A stretch of DNA of 64,000 nucleotides from Camelus ferus. Its lineage: Eukaryota. Each line of letters starts with the position of its first letter. Position 1 is the stretch's first letter. Below are positions 36,433-50,100 of this stretch, piece by piece. Both the position numbers and the translations under genes were made by a program. A model generated the notes under the pieces. It was given only the letters and a program-made list of their open reading frames with translations. It was not told the origin of the DNA and did no database searches. The DNA lies in NCBI RefSeq assembly GCF_009834535.1, contig NC_045696.1:89406001-89470000 (forward strand). Reading direction: 5' to 3'.

Positions 36433-38876
36433 CTGGGGCAAAGAAAAGAGAGCATGTAGAAATAGACACAACTGCATCTAAGTCAGGATGTATAGCTACT
36501 TATGGACCATTCTATATGTACCATAGATACACCCATATATACAAACAGCTAAACATAGCAGGAAGGCATTTTTGCTAAAATTCAGAGTTCCTACATTAGC
36601 TTCTCACAAGCCCAGGAGAAGTCACCAGTTTGAGAACATGACTAGTTGGCATAATTACAGAAGTACTGGAAGAAAAGGAGGATGAAGTATCTCCAATTAC
36701 ATTCACATTATAAAGTGGGAAAAGAAATTGTTAGCTGTTAGGAAAATAGCTTGTTAGAAGAAGCGGGATTTTGTTTTGAAGAAATGTGAACCAAGAAGGC
36801 TAGGGCATGTTAAGTGTTCCATCGTTCATCTTCCGGATGCTCCTCCCACACCGAGGGCTGCAGGGCACCCCTGCCCCGCTGAGACAGCGCCTCACCAGGC
36901 GCCCAGCAGGGGCGGAAGGCACCTCAGGGATTCTCAAAGGCTTCCTGGAGCTGAGGGAAGGCGCAGCCTGTTCTAAGAAACGGTAATATCTGAAGATATT
37001 GGAGAGCCAGATGTGTAAGACCTGAAGAAATAACCCCTGAGATCTCGGACAGTGGGTACCAAGGAAGTTACTCCCTAGGACTGACACTGGCAATAAAATA
37101 GATGGAAACATTTCTAGTCTTTCTGAAATCAGTGTACTAGGTTAATCTGGGCCCTATCCTTGAAAAATATGAACAAACCAAGGGTTCTCTTGCTTTTTCC
37201 CCTCAGAAGGGCTGAGAATGAAAGCTTCTAGGTTTGGACACATGGACACATGGAGGGTAACATTCATTTAGCAAGAGCTCTGGGCCCAGAAACAAAAGAA
37301 AGGAAGGAAGCATTCAGCGAGGTCCTCCTTGGAAATGCTTTCAGAGATCCTGACCTCAAATAATGCATTTATTTGCCTGTAGTTCAGACTAGTTTTCAAT
37401 TTTAAAAAAGGAGAAAAAAAAATCAAAGAGGTCTAAAATTTCACCTACCCCTGAAAAGGACTAGATGGCAATGTTATTATCTAAAAGTCTAAGGAAGATA
37501 TTTCAGTGGTAAAATATCAGAAAGCCTTTTAAGTCCTTGAAAGCATAACACTCCTAGTAATTTATTCTCAACTCAAATTAAAATGTAGTAGAATTTTAAA
37601 AAACCCTGTGAATCTACAGTTTCTTAATTAAAATGTTAAATCCTTTCTCTTGACTTTAAAACTATACTGAATGTATTAAGTTGCCACTGAATGCATCCAA
37701 TTTTATTTTTTTTCGAGTGGGTTCTTAGGGTAGCTTTTTAGTCTGGCACCCAGTACAGCGCCTGCATAGTGTATGAGAATGTTTTTCCCATATGAAGTTT
37801 TAAATGTTTCATTATGGAAATTTTCAAAATGATACAAAAGTAAAGAGAATTGTTCAATGAACCCCCTGCCCCATGCATCAAGCAGCTTCCACAATTACCA
37901 ACTCATGGCCAGTCTTGACTCATTTGTCGCTCCTTCTCTTACAGGATTTTTAAAGCAAATTCCAGGCATCATATAACTTTATCTGTAAATGGTTCCGTAT
38001 GTATCTCTAAAGACAGGGCTCTTTTAAAAAACTTACCATAACCGTAATACCTCGGTCATAGGTGAGTAAGTAAATCTTTAATAAAACATTCAGTCAGTGG
38101 TCAAATTTCCCCACTTGGCTCCTAAATGCTTTTTTGTAGTTGGTTTGCATTTGGTTGGCATGTCTCTTAGGTGGTTTCAATCTATAAGCCATGGGCTGTA
38201 TGGACTCATGTTTCTGGAGGCTAGAGGGCTCATGAGTTCAGCTGGACTAATCACTCTGCCTGACTGAGCATGCTCTCTCCTTCACTGGCCCAGCACCTGC
38301 CCTTCTCTGCACAACCCAGCACTTTGAGTGAGTACTATTCACTCACCGCCCCCAACTTCCAGTAGAAGTCCTTCTTATTCTGGGGGGAAAGGCCCAGTCT
38401 TTCTCACTCTATAATTTACACATATTGGTCACACATGCTTTCACCACCTGGAGTCCCATGACATAAGTCAAATTTGATTTGATGACTCAGAATGAACATA
38501 TATACAAGTCAAGTCAAGAGTCTAACTCTCCAATAAGTGACTTGTAAGTACTAAATCACTTCTATAAACAGGTAATTCGAGCTAAATATATGCCAGGCAC
38601 TCTGCTAGGAGCTAGGGATTTCATATTAATAAAAAGGACCCCTAAGCTGTGGAACCTTGAAAAATTCTTCAAGTTTCTCAACACTTTACAGTAAAAACAG
38701 AAACATAATCAAAAGGAGAGCCTCGTGATTCTCTTCCTTTTCTTGCAAGGATGCAGGAAGACCCCAATGAATGGACCCCAGTGAGGACCCCAAGAAACTG
38801 AATCAAGGAAGCAGTACTATCCATCCCGACATATTTTACACTTGATATCCCATTTTCCAGCACCTCTTACACTTAC

Positions 38877-39000
38877 TTTCTATCTGGGAATGGAGATCAT
38901 TGACTATGACTTGTAGCTGCCCGATAGTCATGTCTCTCAGGTCAGTGGGCTTTAAACTTCTTTTCATCAAACATTCACTTATATGAGGCATGTGTGGCAG
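38877..39000 (-). CDS. SCHIP1: SCHIP1 coding exon (124 nt), [41 protein letters not shown](S)
   Basis: Lies within ORF 38836..39093. Acceptor cttcag|CTG and donor GAA A|gtaagt. Start of the C-terminal coiled coil. Confidence 0.97.
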
Positions 39001-39339
39001 CTGAAGATACAAAGGGAAGAAATGGAGGCGTGAACAGAGCAGCAAGCGCACTGAACATACGACCCAGCTTTCTCCTAAAAGTCCCACCTTCATTCACCCA
39101 CTTCAGTTCGGGTTTCTGGCTTAAAAGCTTTCCCAGTCTGACTTTTCCAATGTGAGGCCCTCCCTACACATTGTCTAAGATGCTCTCGGCATCAAAATGG
39201 GACACGACTCAAATCAAAAGCTTCTGGACTGCTCTTTAACACAGGCCGTGACAACTGAGAGTCTGTTATGATATCAACATATGAATTCCCAGGGAGCGTA
39301 AGTAATATCAATCACACGGACAAAATCAGTAATATCAGC

Positions 39340-39545
39340 AAGTTACTAGTTAATACCAGGCTGCAGGCACTGTGCTAAGTGCTCTGAACACTTTTCCCAC
39401 TGAATTCTCACAATTGTGCTCTGACACAGGTGTTATTCCCATTTTATAGGTGAGAAAACTGAGATGTGCCCAGAGCCCCACAGCAGGTCAATGGCAGAGC
39501 CAGACTTAGGCTCCAAAGCCCAGGGCTCTTACCCACTCTGCCATA
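39340..39545 (-). mobile_element. MIR SINE (further MIR copies at ~9100-9330, 12540-12670, 42800-42950, 48590-48740, 57300-57400)
   Basis: caggcactgtgctaagtgct...cccattttataggtgagaaaactgag core. Confidence 0.75.
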
Positions 39546-39905
39546 TTGTCTTCATTGAAAAGTGGGAACAAGAGCTAAAGCAATAGTGAGTTTGCCACAG
39601 CAACGAGCTCTGAAACTGAGGTTGCTCTGAAGGAATTAAAACACTCCCATGATGGGTAACATTGCTCCTAAGACACACAGCAGGCAGGAATCAAGAGCAA
39701 AGTTTACTTTTGTGAAATCTGTTGCATATGTATCCTCCAGCCATACAGACGGAAGGAAAAATAAACAGATATTTCTCAATGACAGTACGTTTTACACACT
39801 GCCTTGCAGAAACCCAAGTTTGCATAACTCCGGGAAAGGACTAAGACAGAGCCAACCACTTGGAGTCACCAAACCCTGGCTTGCGTTAAGGCATTCGCTG
39901 CTTAC

Positions 39906-40103
39906 GAGATCAGCGACCGGAGACTTTTTCCTGTTCTGTTTTTCCACTTCTACTTGCATTTTGGCCATTGGTTTGGCCATGGCAAGGGCCATTTTGGCTT
40001 CAGCTTGCAATTTCTTTTGCCTTGTGAGGAAATCCATGTCATCCAGGGACTCGGATTCTTCTTCAGTAGTGTCTCTATCGGAATAGGAAGAACTCTGTTT
40101 GCT
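39906..40103 (-). CDS. SCHIP1: SCHIP1 coding exon (198 nt), [66 protein letters not shown]
   Basis: Lies within ORF 39792..40214. Acceptor ttcgcag|AGC and donor CTC|gtaag. Phase 0-0, 66 codons. Confidence 0.97.
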
Positions 40104-40775
40104 CTGCGAAGGGAAAAAGAACAGCCCTGAGCTTTCCGTGCCAGGTGCCATCTTTGGGGATGGGCTACGGCGTTCCCTGAACCCTCTCTCAGAGCGGCCA
40201 AGGGCCCCCTCCATCAGCGCGACTCAGGTCTCAATTTGATCTGTAGCAGTTTCAAGTAACATTTGAAAAGAGAGTTTCTTCCCTCAGTGTCAAAAATTGA
40301 CTCTGATTTTAGCATAAAGAATAGCATAACTAATCATAGGGAGACTCTGCTTATGAAAACCTTGAGACATTTCTTTGATTCTTACTCCAAAACTTTCCTG
40401 AAGTGAACAGACACAGTAAAATATTTAACCCAGAGCAAAGGTGATGGGTTGCTTCCTGGAGCGGGCAGGATCTGAGATGTCCAGTGAAGTTCTGATGTGG
40501 CATTGCACACAGTGACCCACATGGTTTCCTGCGAGTTGGTCTCTGATAAGAAAGGTAGACAGACCTCACAGAAAGGAAAGAATTTCAGCCATCGGCACCT
40601 GGGGTCACTGAACTCTCTTCTGTAATATGTGTGCAAGGAACAAGGAGGCATTGCTCAATATATACTACCTTGCTGGTTTCTCTGAGCAACATCTCTGTGT
40701 GCTAGCCTTCCCACCCCTGTCCCGACCCCATCCCCTACCTTTTAAAATGTGTCCTGCTGCTAGTCTGTGCTCATG

Positions 40776-40865
40776 TTTCTTTCTCTTTTTTAATGGAGGT
40801 ACTGGGGGTTGAACCCAGGACCTCACATATTTTAAGCATACACTCTATCATATCCCCAACCACCC
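40776..40865 (-). mobile_element. tRNA-derived SINE fragment (camelid type)
   Basis: atggaggtactgggggttgaacccaggacctc motif. Confidence 0.8.
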
Positions 40866-41176
40866 TGTGCTGATTATTTCTAAGCCCAATGGGGAACGAT
40901 TAACGTACAGCATATTTTCCTTTACAATTTTTAGGGCCTATGTGATTTCTTTTATAGTTTAACATGAAAGTAGCTGCTAACTTTATCAGAGCTTATTACC
41001 TTTCTGGGATCACCATTTTGATTTTTCAGTCACTGCCAGGTTTTAGGAGTGTGTCACGTCAAGAAACGTCACGAGACGTTTCTTTTTTAACCTCTCCAGT
41101 GTTTGTTCCTGACTAACCACAGAAGAGACGACGCTGAATGACCAGGAAGGTCCTGAGTGACGGCTCTGGGACTCAC

Positions 41177-41294
41177 CATGGGAGACAACGGGGTGTCCAG
41201 GCTGGTTTCGGTCTTGCTGTCGTCAGCATCGCTGTCCTTATCGCTGCCGCTGTCGTTGACGAAGCATATCTGCAGGTTCATCCCACTCTGCAGG
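41177..41294 (-). CDS. SCHIP1: SCHIP1 coding exon (118 nt), (R)[39 protein letters not shown]
   Basis: Lies within ORF 41087..41317. Acceptor gcccag|C CTG and donor ATG|gtgagt. CG+C completes the Arg codon from the previous exon. Confidence 0.97.
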
Positions 41295-44200
41295 CTGGGC
41301 AGAAGCAGACAGGACACTCATTCCACTCGGCTGTCTGTTATCTGGCAGCATCCAAAAGAGCTGTCTGGCTTTGCTAACAGAGAGTCATTTAATGAGCCCT
41401 TCACATGGAGAAGGGAGTGACCAATATTACCCCCAACTCAGAAACGGTCACTTCTACTAGAGGATAAGAAAGATAATTTGATAAGTTGATAAATGATAAA
41501 ATTATAACCTTTACTCATATTGTATTAGTTTTTTTCACACACAAATTCATGTTGGGTGAAAAACAGTTTAAGGTCACATGATAGCATCCAGCATAACACC
41601 AAATCCACAGCTGGTGCATAATAAAAATGTGTTGAGACACTGAGTTTACATTTCTGTCGAGGAAGATGAATGGGTCCTCAGCCAAATAAGGCTGCCTGGT
41701 GTCATCCAGTGTCCTGTCCCATGGGGACAACCCAAAGATGCTCATTAGAGCTGGCATGCTTTGGCCATAGCTCTCCGGCGAAAGGCTCCTCCTCCCCACT
41801 ACCCCCACAGAATAGGGTTGTCTGAAGGAAAATTTTATTTAAGGCAGTTGCTGAAAGCCAACTGAAAGGGCTCATTTACGTCATTAAGAAAAAAACACAC
41901 TGGAGGTTCACTCAAGAGAAACTTAAGAAAACCCCCCACCCAGGCAGGAAGGCACAGTGTTGGAACATAGCAAGGTTCCACAGCTGCCTCGCGCACAGAG
42001 CCTCAGAGGCAGAGACGTCTTGGGAGCTCATTATGCTTGTGGAGAATCTGGGAAGCTCCCAGAGGGATGTTGTTGGAAATGTGGTCACAAAGGGCCACCT
42101 GGCTGTGTATCTTCTATACACGTAGCCAGGCTGTGGATCCAACTCTGTGTCCTCACCTTCGTTTGAAGTCGAACCCATTTTATTACTGTTTGACAACAAA
42201 GGGTTTTTCAAGAAGTCCTTTTCTTAGCATCCCTAGTAGCCGCAGTCATGCATGACCTTAGAGAGAGAAAAGCCCAAGGAGGCTTCTAAGCAGCAAGGGA
42301 TCATAAGGAGGCTTGTGCCATCCAGGTTTATGGCAGCGGACGCTGAATCTGCCCTGGTGTTATCACTGTCACAGCGAGAAAGGCAAAAAGCAACTCCTCT
42401 GATAGTTGACATTTGCGTTGGCTTTCTTTCTTTTTTTTTTTTTTTAATTCCACTGGGTTGGGATGCTCTGTAGAAGATATCACATGACTCATTTAAAGCA
42501 CTTCTTTGATGAAAAACAATACAGAACCCAGGAAAAGCAAATGTACTGATTTAACACAGGCACCATCATTGTTACGTGTTTGTACTGCCATCTATTGTTA
42601 ACTTCTATAATTACTGCTAGTCCCAGCTTACCTCCCCAGGAAGGAAATGCAGCCTTTCCCTCAGCAGGTCCAGTTCCATTTCCTCCCTGCCCTCCTGAGC
42701 AGCCGAGGGGACCCAGGTCCAGGGCTGGGCGCAGAAGCCAACAGGTTCTGCTGTGATCAGCTTAGGGTGCCTGGAGTCAGTGGGACTTAAGTTTTGAATC
42801 CTCACTTCTTTCCCTAGGCACATTGCTTTATGACCCTCAGTTTCCTCATCTGTAAAATTGGGAGAATAACGCAGTGTTTTGTAGGGAGAATGAAAAGAGC
42901 TCAGAGCTGGGCACAGGGCAGGTGGTCCGTACAAGTTTATTATTCCTGCCTCTCTACTTCCTGAAAGCCCAGAGGAACTCAGAAGTTTAGAGGTCATATG
43001 ACTTTGTAAAGGGCTCTCTGAGGTCACCTACTTGAATACCTGGCCTGGTCACAGCAATCCCTGATGCCCAGCTGACTTGCTGAGAGCAGCCTCGAGCTGA
43101 CTTTAACTGTTAGGCAGCTTGGACTTTTACTGAGCTGGAATTTGTCTCCTTTTAACTTTCTGCCATTGGAATATTTTTCCCCCTGGGAGAAATCTAGTAT
43201 GTTTGGGTTACCCTTTGATCCCATATAAATTAAGTTTTAAAATTTATTATCCATAGTTGATAAAAAAAAAGAACCCCAATTAACCCATTTTTAACAATAA
43301 AACTCAAGACCCATAGATGGAAGATAGTGGGAAATAAAAGTGCAAATTAAAGCCAGCCAGATTTTAAAGTCGTATTTTAAAATAAAAAAAGACATGTTAA
43401 ATTAAACCTAATTTTAATCTAGGATTGTGTAGCATTTCCTATTTATTGAACAGCTAAAGTCTTGCAAAGAAGTGTCTGGCCACTATATACACAGATCATA
43501 AAGACATAAAATAACCCACGATGCCACTGCAAAATAAGGTTTAAAACATCTAAAGCTATATATTTTCATTCTAAGAAAGTCTGATCATAAATTCTGTTGT
43601 TCTGCCCTCAAACTGACCTTTGTGCTAAGGATCAACTCAGACCTAAATCAACCATCCCACACAGCATTTCTAAGTCAAGAAAGGAAAAGGAAAAAAAAAA
43701 AAGGGAAGGATTTAGTAGTCGGAGTGAAATGAAAAAAAGCCTCAGGTAGAAACTCAGAAAGTCGCCTTAGTAACACATTATCACCGTGGGAAACTGAGCA
43801 GAGCTTCTTACAGGGTGAGACTTCTAATTCCTCATGGCGGTAATCACCAAGAATGTTACTCTCAGGAAAAGGAAATTATATGACATAACAGTTAATAGTT
43901 CAGCGGGGATTTTAGTAAAGACATCTTAAAACGGACTCAGGTTTCAAGAAGGATTTGTTTGCCTTTAGCCTTTAAGCGGGTTTTAAGATGAAGGTGGCTT
44001 TGGGGAAACCCAACCACAGCTCCCAAGCAGAGGCCTGGCTTTGGGGTGAGTGGGGCCACCTGGAGCGGCTGAAAGCCTCTGAGCCACAGGGTCCAGGAAT
44101 GATAACCCCTGTTCCAGGCCCCCTCCCACCCTGGGGAGGCCTGGCTGTTCTGAGGTTGTCACTCCAGCCACCTGGAGTCCCGGCCTCCTTCCCTCTCACT

Positions 44201-45379
44201 GCAGTGCCTCCAGCCTCACTTGCAACCAGGCTACACAGTCTGGCAGAATCCAAGCTGCTGGGGAGCGGGGTGGGTGGGTGGGGGGTGGTGGCTAATTGAC
44301 CTGGAATCTCTCAGGCACCATCTGAGGTGAAAACAAAACACAAAACACAAAACACAATCCTCTTCTTGTTAATTACTGATATGATTTAAGGTAACCAATT
44401 CCAGGTTACTGGATGTTTTGAGTGGCATTTGGCAGAGTGCTATATCAAAAAGGCTGCCTAACGTCTGCCTTGCCTGTGGATTTTATTTCTGGAAGGTCTG
44501 CACCCTGGTTACCCCAGAAACCTCTGCTCCTCAGGCCATGAAAAATCACACTGCTGCCCAGAGTTACTGCCAAGGAGCCCGTGGGTCTGGAGAGGGGTGT
44601 TCTGGATGGCGAATGCTCAGAAACATGAAAAGATAAAAGACTGTGTCCTGGATGTCTCAGTGTGAGTGGAAGTGGCTTTCTGAGTGACAGTGCCTGCTGG
44701 CCAGGAGCGGGAAGGCATTTAGTCAAGAGGCTGTTCAGAACCGACGTCCGCTTGGCATTTACAATGAGGAAAACTTACTTTGAAAATACTTGTGCTGAGT
44801 TCCAACTACCATTCCTGGAGATATTATTAAAATATGCACGGAATTGAGACTGGGAGATGGGAAGATTTTAACTACTAAGAGGATATATCAAAAACCTATC
44901 TGCATGGTAATATGATTTGGTATCAAGATAACACTTTTTTCAAAATACAGGGACAAGACCAGTTTCCTCCCTGAGACCAGTGATGTGATGGTCTTTAAGT
45001 CTGCTGGGACTTCTCGTGGGGCAGCAGCACTGTGAATCTGGCCTTTGTCCTCTGCCTTGGGTTTCAGTGACTGGGAGGGCCCTGGTCTGATGGCCAGCTC
45101 CGAACCCCAGAACTGTCTGGGGTTTTTTGATTTTAGAAACAGGAGTCTCCCAGCACCAGCTCAGACCACAAGTATCCACACAGGCATGGTTAAGGTTCTT
45201 CGGTTTTATCCCCTGCACCGCCTTTATTTAACTTCACTTGAATGGTTGCATTGATTTTGAGTTTAAAAGTGCATTCACAACATCCTCTCCTTGGGCTGTA
45301 CGACCACCAGTGGATTATGGGCAAGGCAGTGGCTACTCAGCGAAATCAGATAACCTGCCCCAGATCTGTGACAGCCTGA

Positions 45380-45835
45380 TTGTAAAAATGGCCCCAGTTC
45401 TTCCCCTGCATCTGGTCCCTCTGTAATATGACCGCGGCTTCTTCCATCGAGAGGTGGAGCCTATTTCCCTACCCCTGGGCTGGCCTCCTGACTTGCCTTG
45501 GCCAACAGAATGCAGAGGAAGTGACCGAGTCCAGTTCCGAGTTTCCCCGCAGGGAAGCCTGCCGCTGCCCACAGAAAAGTCCAGCTCAGCCTGCTGGCAG
45601 ATGACGGACTTCATAGCACAGAGCTCAACTGACCGTTGCCCCAACGGAAGCCCCAGGCACCTGAGAGAGCTCAGCCAGGAGCACCTTGCCAACCTCTGGC
45701 TGATCGCAGATGCACGAGTAAGCCTCAGGCGAGTCCGGCTCTGATCAGTGGCAGAAATCAATGCTTATGATCGTGTCTCACTGATGTGGCTGAATGCTCA
45801 TTACACATCATTACTGTGGCAACAGATAACTGGCA
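45380..45835 (+). mobile_element. MLT1-type MaLR LTR
   Basis: gacttgccttggccaacagaatgcagaggaagtgac and terminal gtggcaacagataactg motifs. Confidence 0.7.
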
Positions 45836-46741
45836 CAAGGTCACAAAGCAAGAGACTACAGGCTGGCCCTCTGGTTTTTTAGTCCAGTGGCCTTTACCCT
45901 ATACTCCACTTAATCTCAGGTTTGGATTTATTAGATCTTGCCTGTGATGGCAATATAATTTTAACAGCATATTCCTCCTGTAGTTGCTTAATTTTAAGGC
46001 AACCGTATGGCTTCCTTCAGACACGGAGTGAGAGGGAACTTCCAAATGCCTATGGATTTCAAACGTGCCTTCCTCATCATCTGTCCACAACCAGTGTGGC
46101 TGTGAGAGCCCCTGGCCCAGCCATGCCATTCATTACTCAGGATCCCTAACTAGTTTGTGGCTGGGCTGTTAAAATCTATTATTTCTATTTATTTTAATGG
46201 GTCTTTGATGCATTATTCAAAGGTTTTCTACATAATGAATATCATCACCCATATTTTATACCATTATCTTTTTCTGTTTCATGAGAATTTCAAAGAGGAT
46301 GAAATATAAAATGTGGGTTGTAATTACCCAACGGTAGCTATAAACACATTTCATTTTTCAAAGGAATGGCCATGAAGAAAGACTGGGAACAGTTGGGGCT
46401 TGGTTAAGTTCTAATATACAGCACATGTAATGGTATCTCTTGTGCTGAGGTGAGTTAAAATGAGGTGCTGCTACTCCTTAATAAACTGTAAAATACCTTT
46501 TCCATCTCCCAAACCTTGCTCCTTACTCTTCTCTCCCCTACTGACTGTTTCATATTAACATCTACTGTGAGAGTTACAGAATTACCATTAAAAATACAAA
46601 AGGAAAGGCAAAGTTTCTGCTTCCCAATATTTATTGTGAAAATACACTGCTATTTCTTATTTTACATTAGTGGGTTGTGTTAACTTTCTGTTGTTAAAGA
46701 GTGTGTAATGCATGGGATGATAATTTGTAAAATTAAACAAA

Positions 46742-47180
46742 TTTGTATTGAAGTATAGTACAATATGATGTAAGTTACAGGTGTACAATATAGTGATTCA
46801 CAATTTTTAAAGGTTATACTCCATTTATAGTTGCTATGAAATACTGGCTGTGTCCCCTGTGATATCCTGTGGCTTGTTTTATACCTAATAGTTTGTACTG
46901 CTTACTCCTCTACTCCCGTACTGCCCCGCCCCCTTCCCTCTCCTCACAGCCATCTCTCCTAGGTGTCAAAGGTGGTAAGCACTAGCTTGGGTTCTGTATC
47001 TGTGAGTCTGCTTCTTTTCTGTTCTATTCACTAGTTTGCTGCGTCTTCTAGCTTCCACATATAAGTGATATCATACAGTATTTGTCTTTCTCTTTCTGGC
47101 TTACTTCACTTAGCATAATGCCCTCCAAGTCCATCCACGTGGCTACAGATGGCTAAATTTCGTTCTTTTTTATGGCTGAG
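46742..47180 (-). mobile_element. L1 3' end fragment
   Basis: ttgaagtatagt...ttccacatataagtgatatcatacagtatttgtctttc...ttttatggctgag. Confidence 0.8.
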
Positions 47181-50100
47181 TTAATTTGACTTAAAAAAAA
47201 GTGATATTCATATAACAGGTACAAAGATTACTGGTCTAACATACATCATCACACACCCAAAAGTACGATAAATGAGTTTTATAACTATATTAGAGAGAAG
47301 GGGGATGCTTAACTGTTCATTCATCCATCCATTTGATGATCAGGCAACAACATCTCTGCAAACCAGCCCCACGGCACCGATCAGCCAGTGCTGAGTCGCT
47401 GCCTCCCCTCTGGCCAGGGCACAACACCCTCTAGTTCACTACAGTCCTACCTATTGCTTTTTCTCTGGGTTACTTCATTCCTTTACGTTTCTTGCTGGCC
47501 CCTGGGGGCACTTTATAGTTCATGCCCCCTGTATTAAGTGGATGCACAGTAGTAGTTGATCCAGAAACAGAAACCAGGTCCTCTAACAGATACCAAATGC
47601 TTGGATCATTCAACCACAACGTACAAAGAGAAACGTGGACCATATAGAGCACTGGAAGAGAACTCAAAAAATGCTAGACACTGTCTATCTTATGTATGGG
47701 AAAAGGAACACTTTCACTCACCTGGACATTGACTCGTAAGTAAGATGTTAATTAGGAAGAGTGAATGAGTGGGGAACTAACTGCAGAAGGAGGTCTGGCG
47801 CATGGCGGCGGGGGGGGGGGGGGCACAAACGCAGAAGAGGGATGCAAAGCCGACCTCCAGCAGTTACGTGCCGAGAGAGGTTAATGGTCGTTCCAAACTA
47901 TGTGTTAGAGAGGGGACTGGCTGGTGGAGAGGCGGGTATCGCGTCTATGTCCTGTCCCCGCCCCACGTCTACAGGACTCAGGCTTTTGGCTTCCCCACCA
48001 AAAGCCGAGGAAGGCAGCTCCAAAGGCGGCTGAGTGTGAGCGGCCCTGTCTGGGTTTTCTTCTCCTCCTCCTGCACACCCTTTCCTTCTGCTCCCTTTTC
48101 TAAGGCTTGTTTAGTCCTGGACCTTCTGTCTGTACTCGTTCATGTGAGAGCTGGTAGGCAGCCAACTCCACGTGGCCACAGAGCCTTTTCACTGCTTAAG
48201 AAAAGGGGAGAAAAGTGGCCCAGCCTTCACCAGCTTTTCTCTGGCGGAGCAGCAGCCCCTGCAGCCTCACCCGATTCTCCAGGGAGCTATAAATACTTGC
48301 ATTCCTCAGACAGCTGTTGGTTCTAATTTCACATCAGTGTCCAGTTTCTTTACTAATGACCACTTACATAATTAAATTTGGAATTATAGGATCTTAATGT
48401 TAAAAAATGCATTTTCACTGGAAATATTTTCTGCATGAATTGAAGACCAGAAATAAGGCCTCTTCTGATATTGGAATAATGATAAACAGCCATCTCTCCC
48501 AGATGCCAGTTGTGGCCTGCTTTCATCTTAATTAAAGCCAAATGATTTCTAAGCAATCCACATTCTGAAATAAAAAGACTCCCCACTTTTGAGCATCTGC
48601 TATGTTGGGGGCACTTCACATATATTACCTCTAATCCTTGGGTACACATAAACTATTATGACCCCCATTTTACATGGGAGAAATCTAACGCTCGGAGGTT
48701 AAATTTTACAAGGTCACAAAGCTGGCATTTTATTCTAGGAGAGTGTCTTGAGAAGCCAGGGCACTTTAAGAATGTTAGAATAAATTTCTGAAAGGAAGAA
48801 AAGAAATGGAAGAAAAAAAAGCAAAACAAAAACAAAACAAAAAACTGGGAACAACTCCAATGTCTAACGTCTAACAACAAGAGATTAAGTACATTATGGT
48901 AAAATATATGAGGGACCATTACGCAGCTAGTAAAAATACACATGATAGAACAGTTACGAGTATGGGCAATGTTCCTCATGTGCTGCTAAGTGATAAACAA
49001 AAACAAACAAGCTAAAAACAATAGGTATAGCATGGGTTCAACTCTAAACAAAAATATGAAGATATATGCACAGAAAAAGTGGCTGGAAATATACCTAGAT
49101 TTTTTTGGTGGAAGAAATTCAGATGACTTCAAATTTTTCTGAGTGCCTCTGAGTTGCCACGTGTAGGCATTTAGCAGGAATTAAAAAAGGAAAAGGACAG
49201 AAAAATGGGCAAGTTGATTAGCGCTTGTGTGTTGCAGAAAGGTGAGTAGGATTAAATGTGTGACAGCTGGAAGAGGATTGCTGCGGGTCTGACTCAGACA
49301 GTGTCTATGCAGGGATCGTGACTCACATATGAGTCAGGCTGGGCTTTTGTTTCTGGCAGGGTACTGGCGGTGGGAGATCCTCTGAGAAGGCAGTAAGAAA
49401 CACATTCTCTTATAAGGGAACATTTCTGGGGATGGACTCTTTGATTCAACTGTTGACATCTTCCCAGCCCAGTCTCTATCTCATTCCCCTTTTCAGATCT
49501 GCACAGATTATAGACTCAAATGTAACTGATAATACATTTAACTGTTTGTATTTTCCAAGCCAGCCTGCCTACTTATTCTACCCAGACCAGACAGAGTTTA
49601 CACCTGTATCTGCCAGACCCGCTGATGAGTTTCCACTGCTGGAGCTGAAACTCGCTTGTCCCCTTCCCAACCTGAGACAAGGTTCACGTGGCTGGGGTAA
49701 AGACGTGGTGGTGGAAGAGTCAGGGCCTGTGGATGTTTCTGAGGGGTGTGGGTGTGGTTGGATCTGGTGAAAAATCTTAATTGCAAATTCCTTCCCTCTC
49801 GTGAACACTGACTCACTGCTTTCACCACTTTTTATGTTCATGTTTTAAAAAATGCTGGGGCTCCCAGAGTCAGTTTCGTTCAAAGATAATCTGTTTCACG
49901 ATTTAGTTTGTGGTCATTTAAATTCTACGCAGCCATTAAAAAGAATGCAGAGATTTACTGAATTGCAATGATTCTGTGACTCGTGGTTATATTCATATGT
50001 GGCCATCTTTAAAGTCAGGATGTGCCTCCCAACCTCAGCCACCCAGGCTGCTGGTGGCATGACTGCTCTGCTGACCTGTAACCCCATCAGCCAACGAACG

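Noticed and set aside
36900..36915. CTCF-like ccagcaggggcgg (also tgccatctattg at ~42586)
   Set aside because: Both miss core positions of the CCASYAGRKGGC consensus; not supportable without ChIP data.
39649..40086. 145-aa plus-strand ORF and other antisense ORFs over SCHIP1 exons (36354-36578, 41138-41420)
   Set aside because: Antisense shadows of coding exons; no recognisable protein.
47802..48326. 174-aa ORF with a nearby TATA-like ctataaat (~48287)
   Set aside because: Starts in a G homopolymer, has no recognisable domain, and the TATA-like motif lies at its 3' end rather than upstream.
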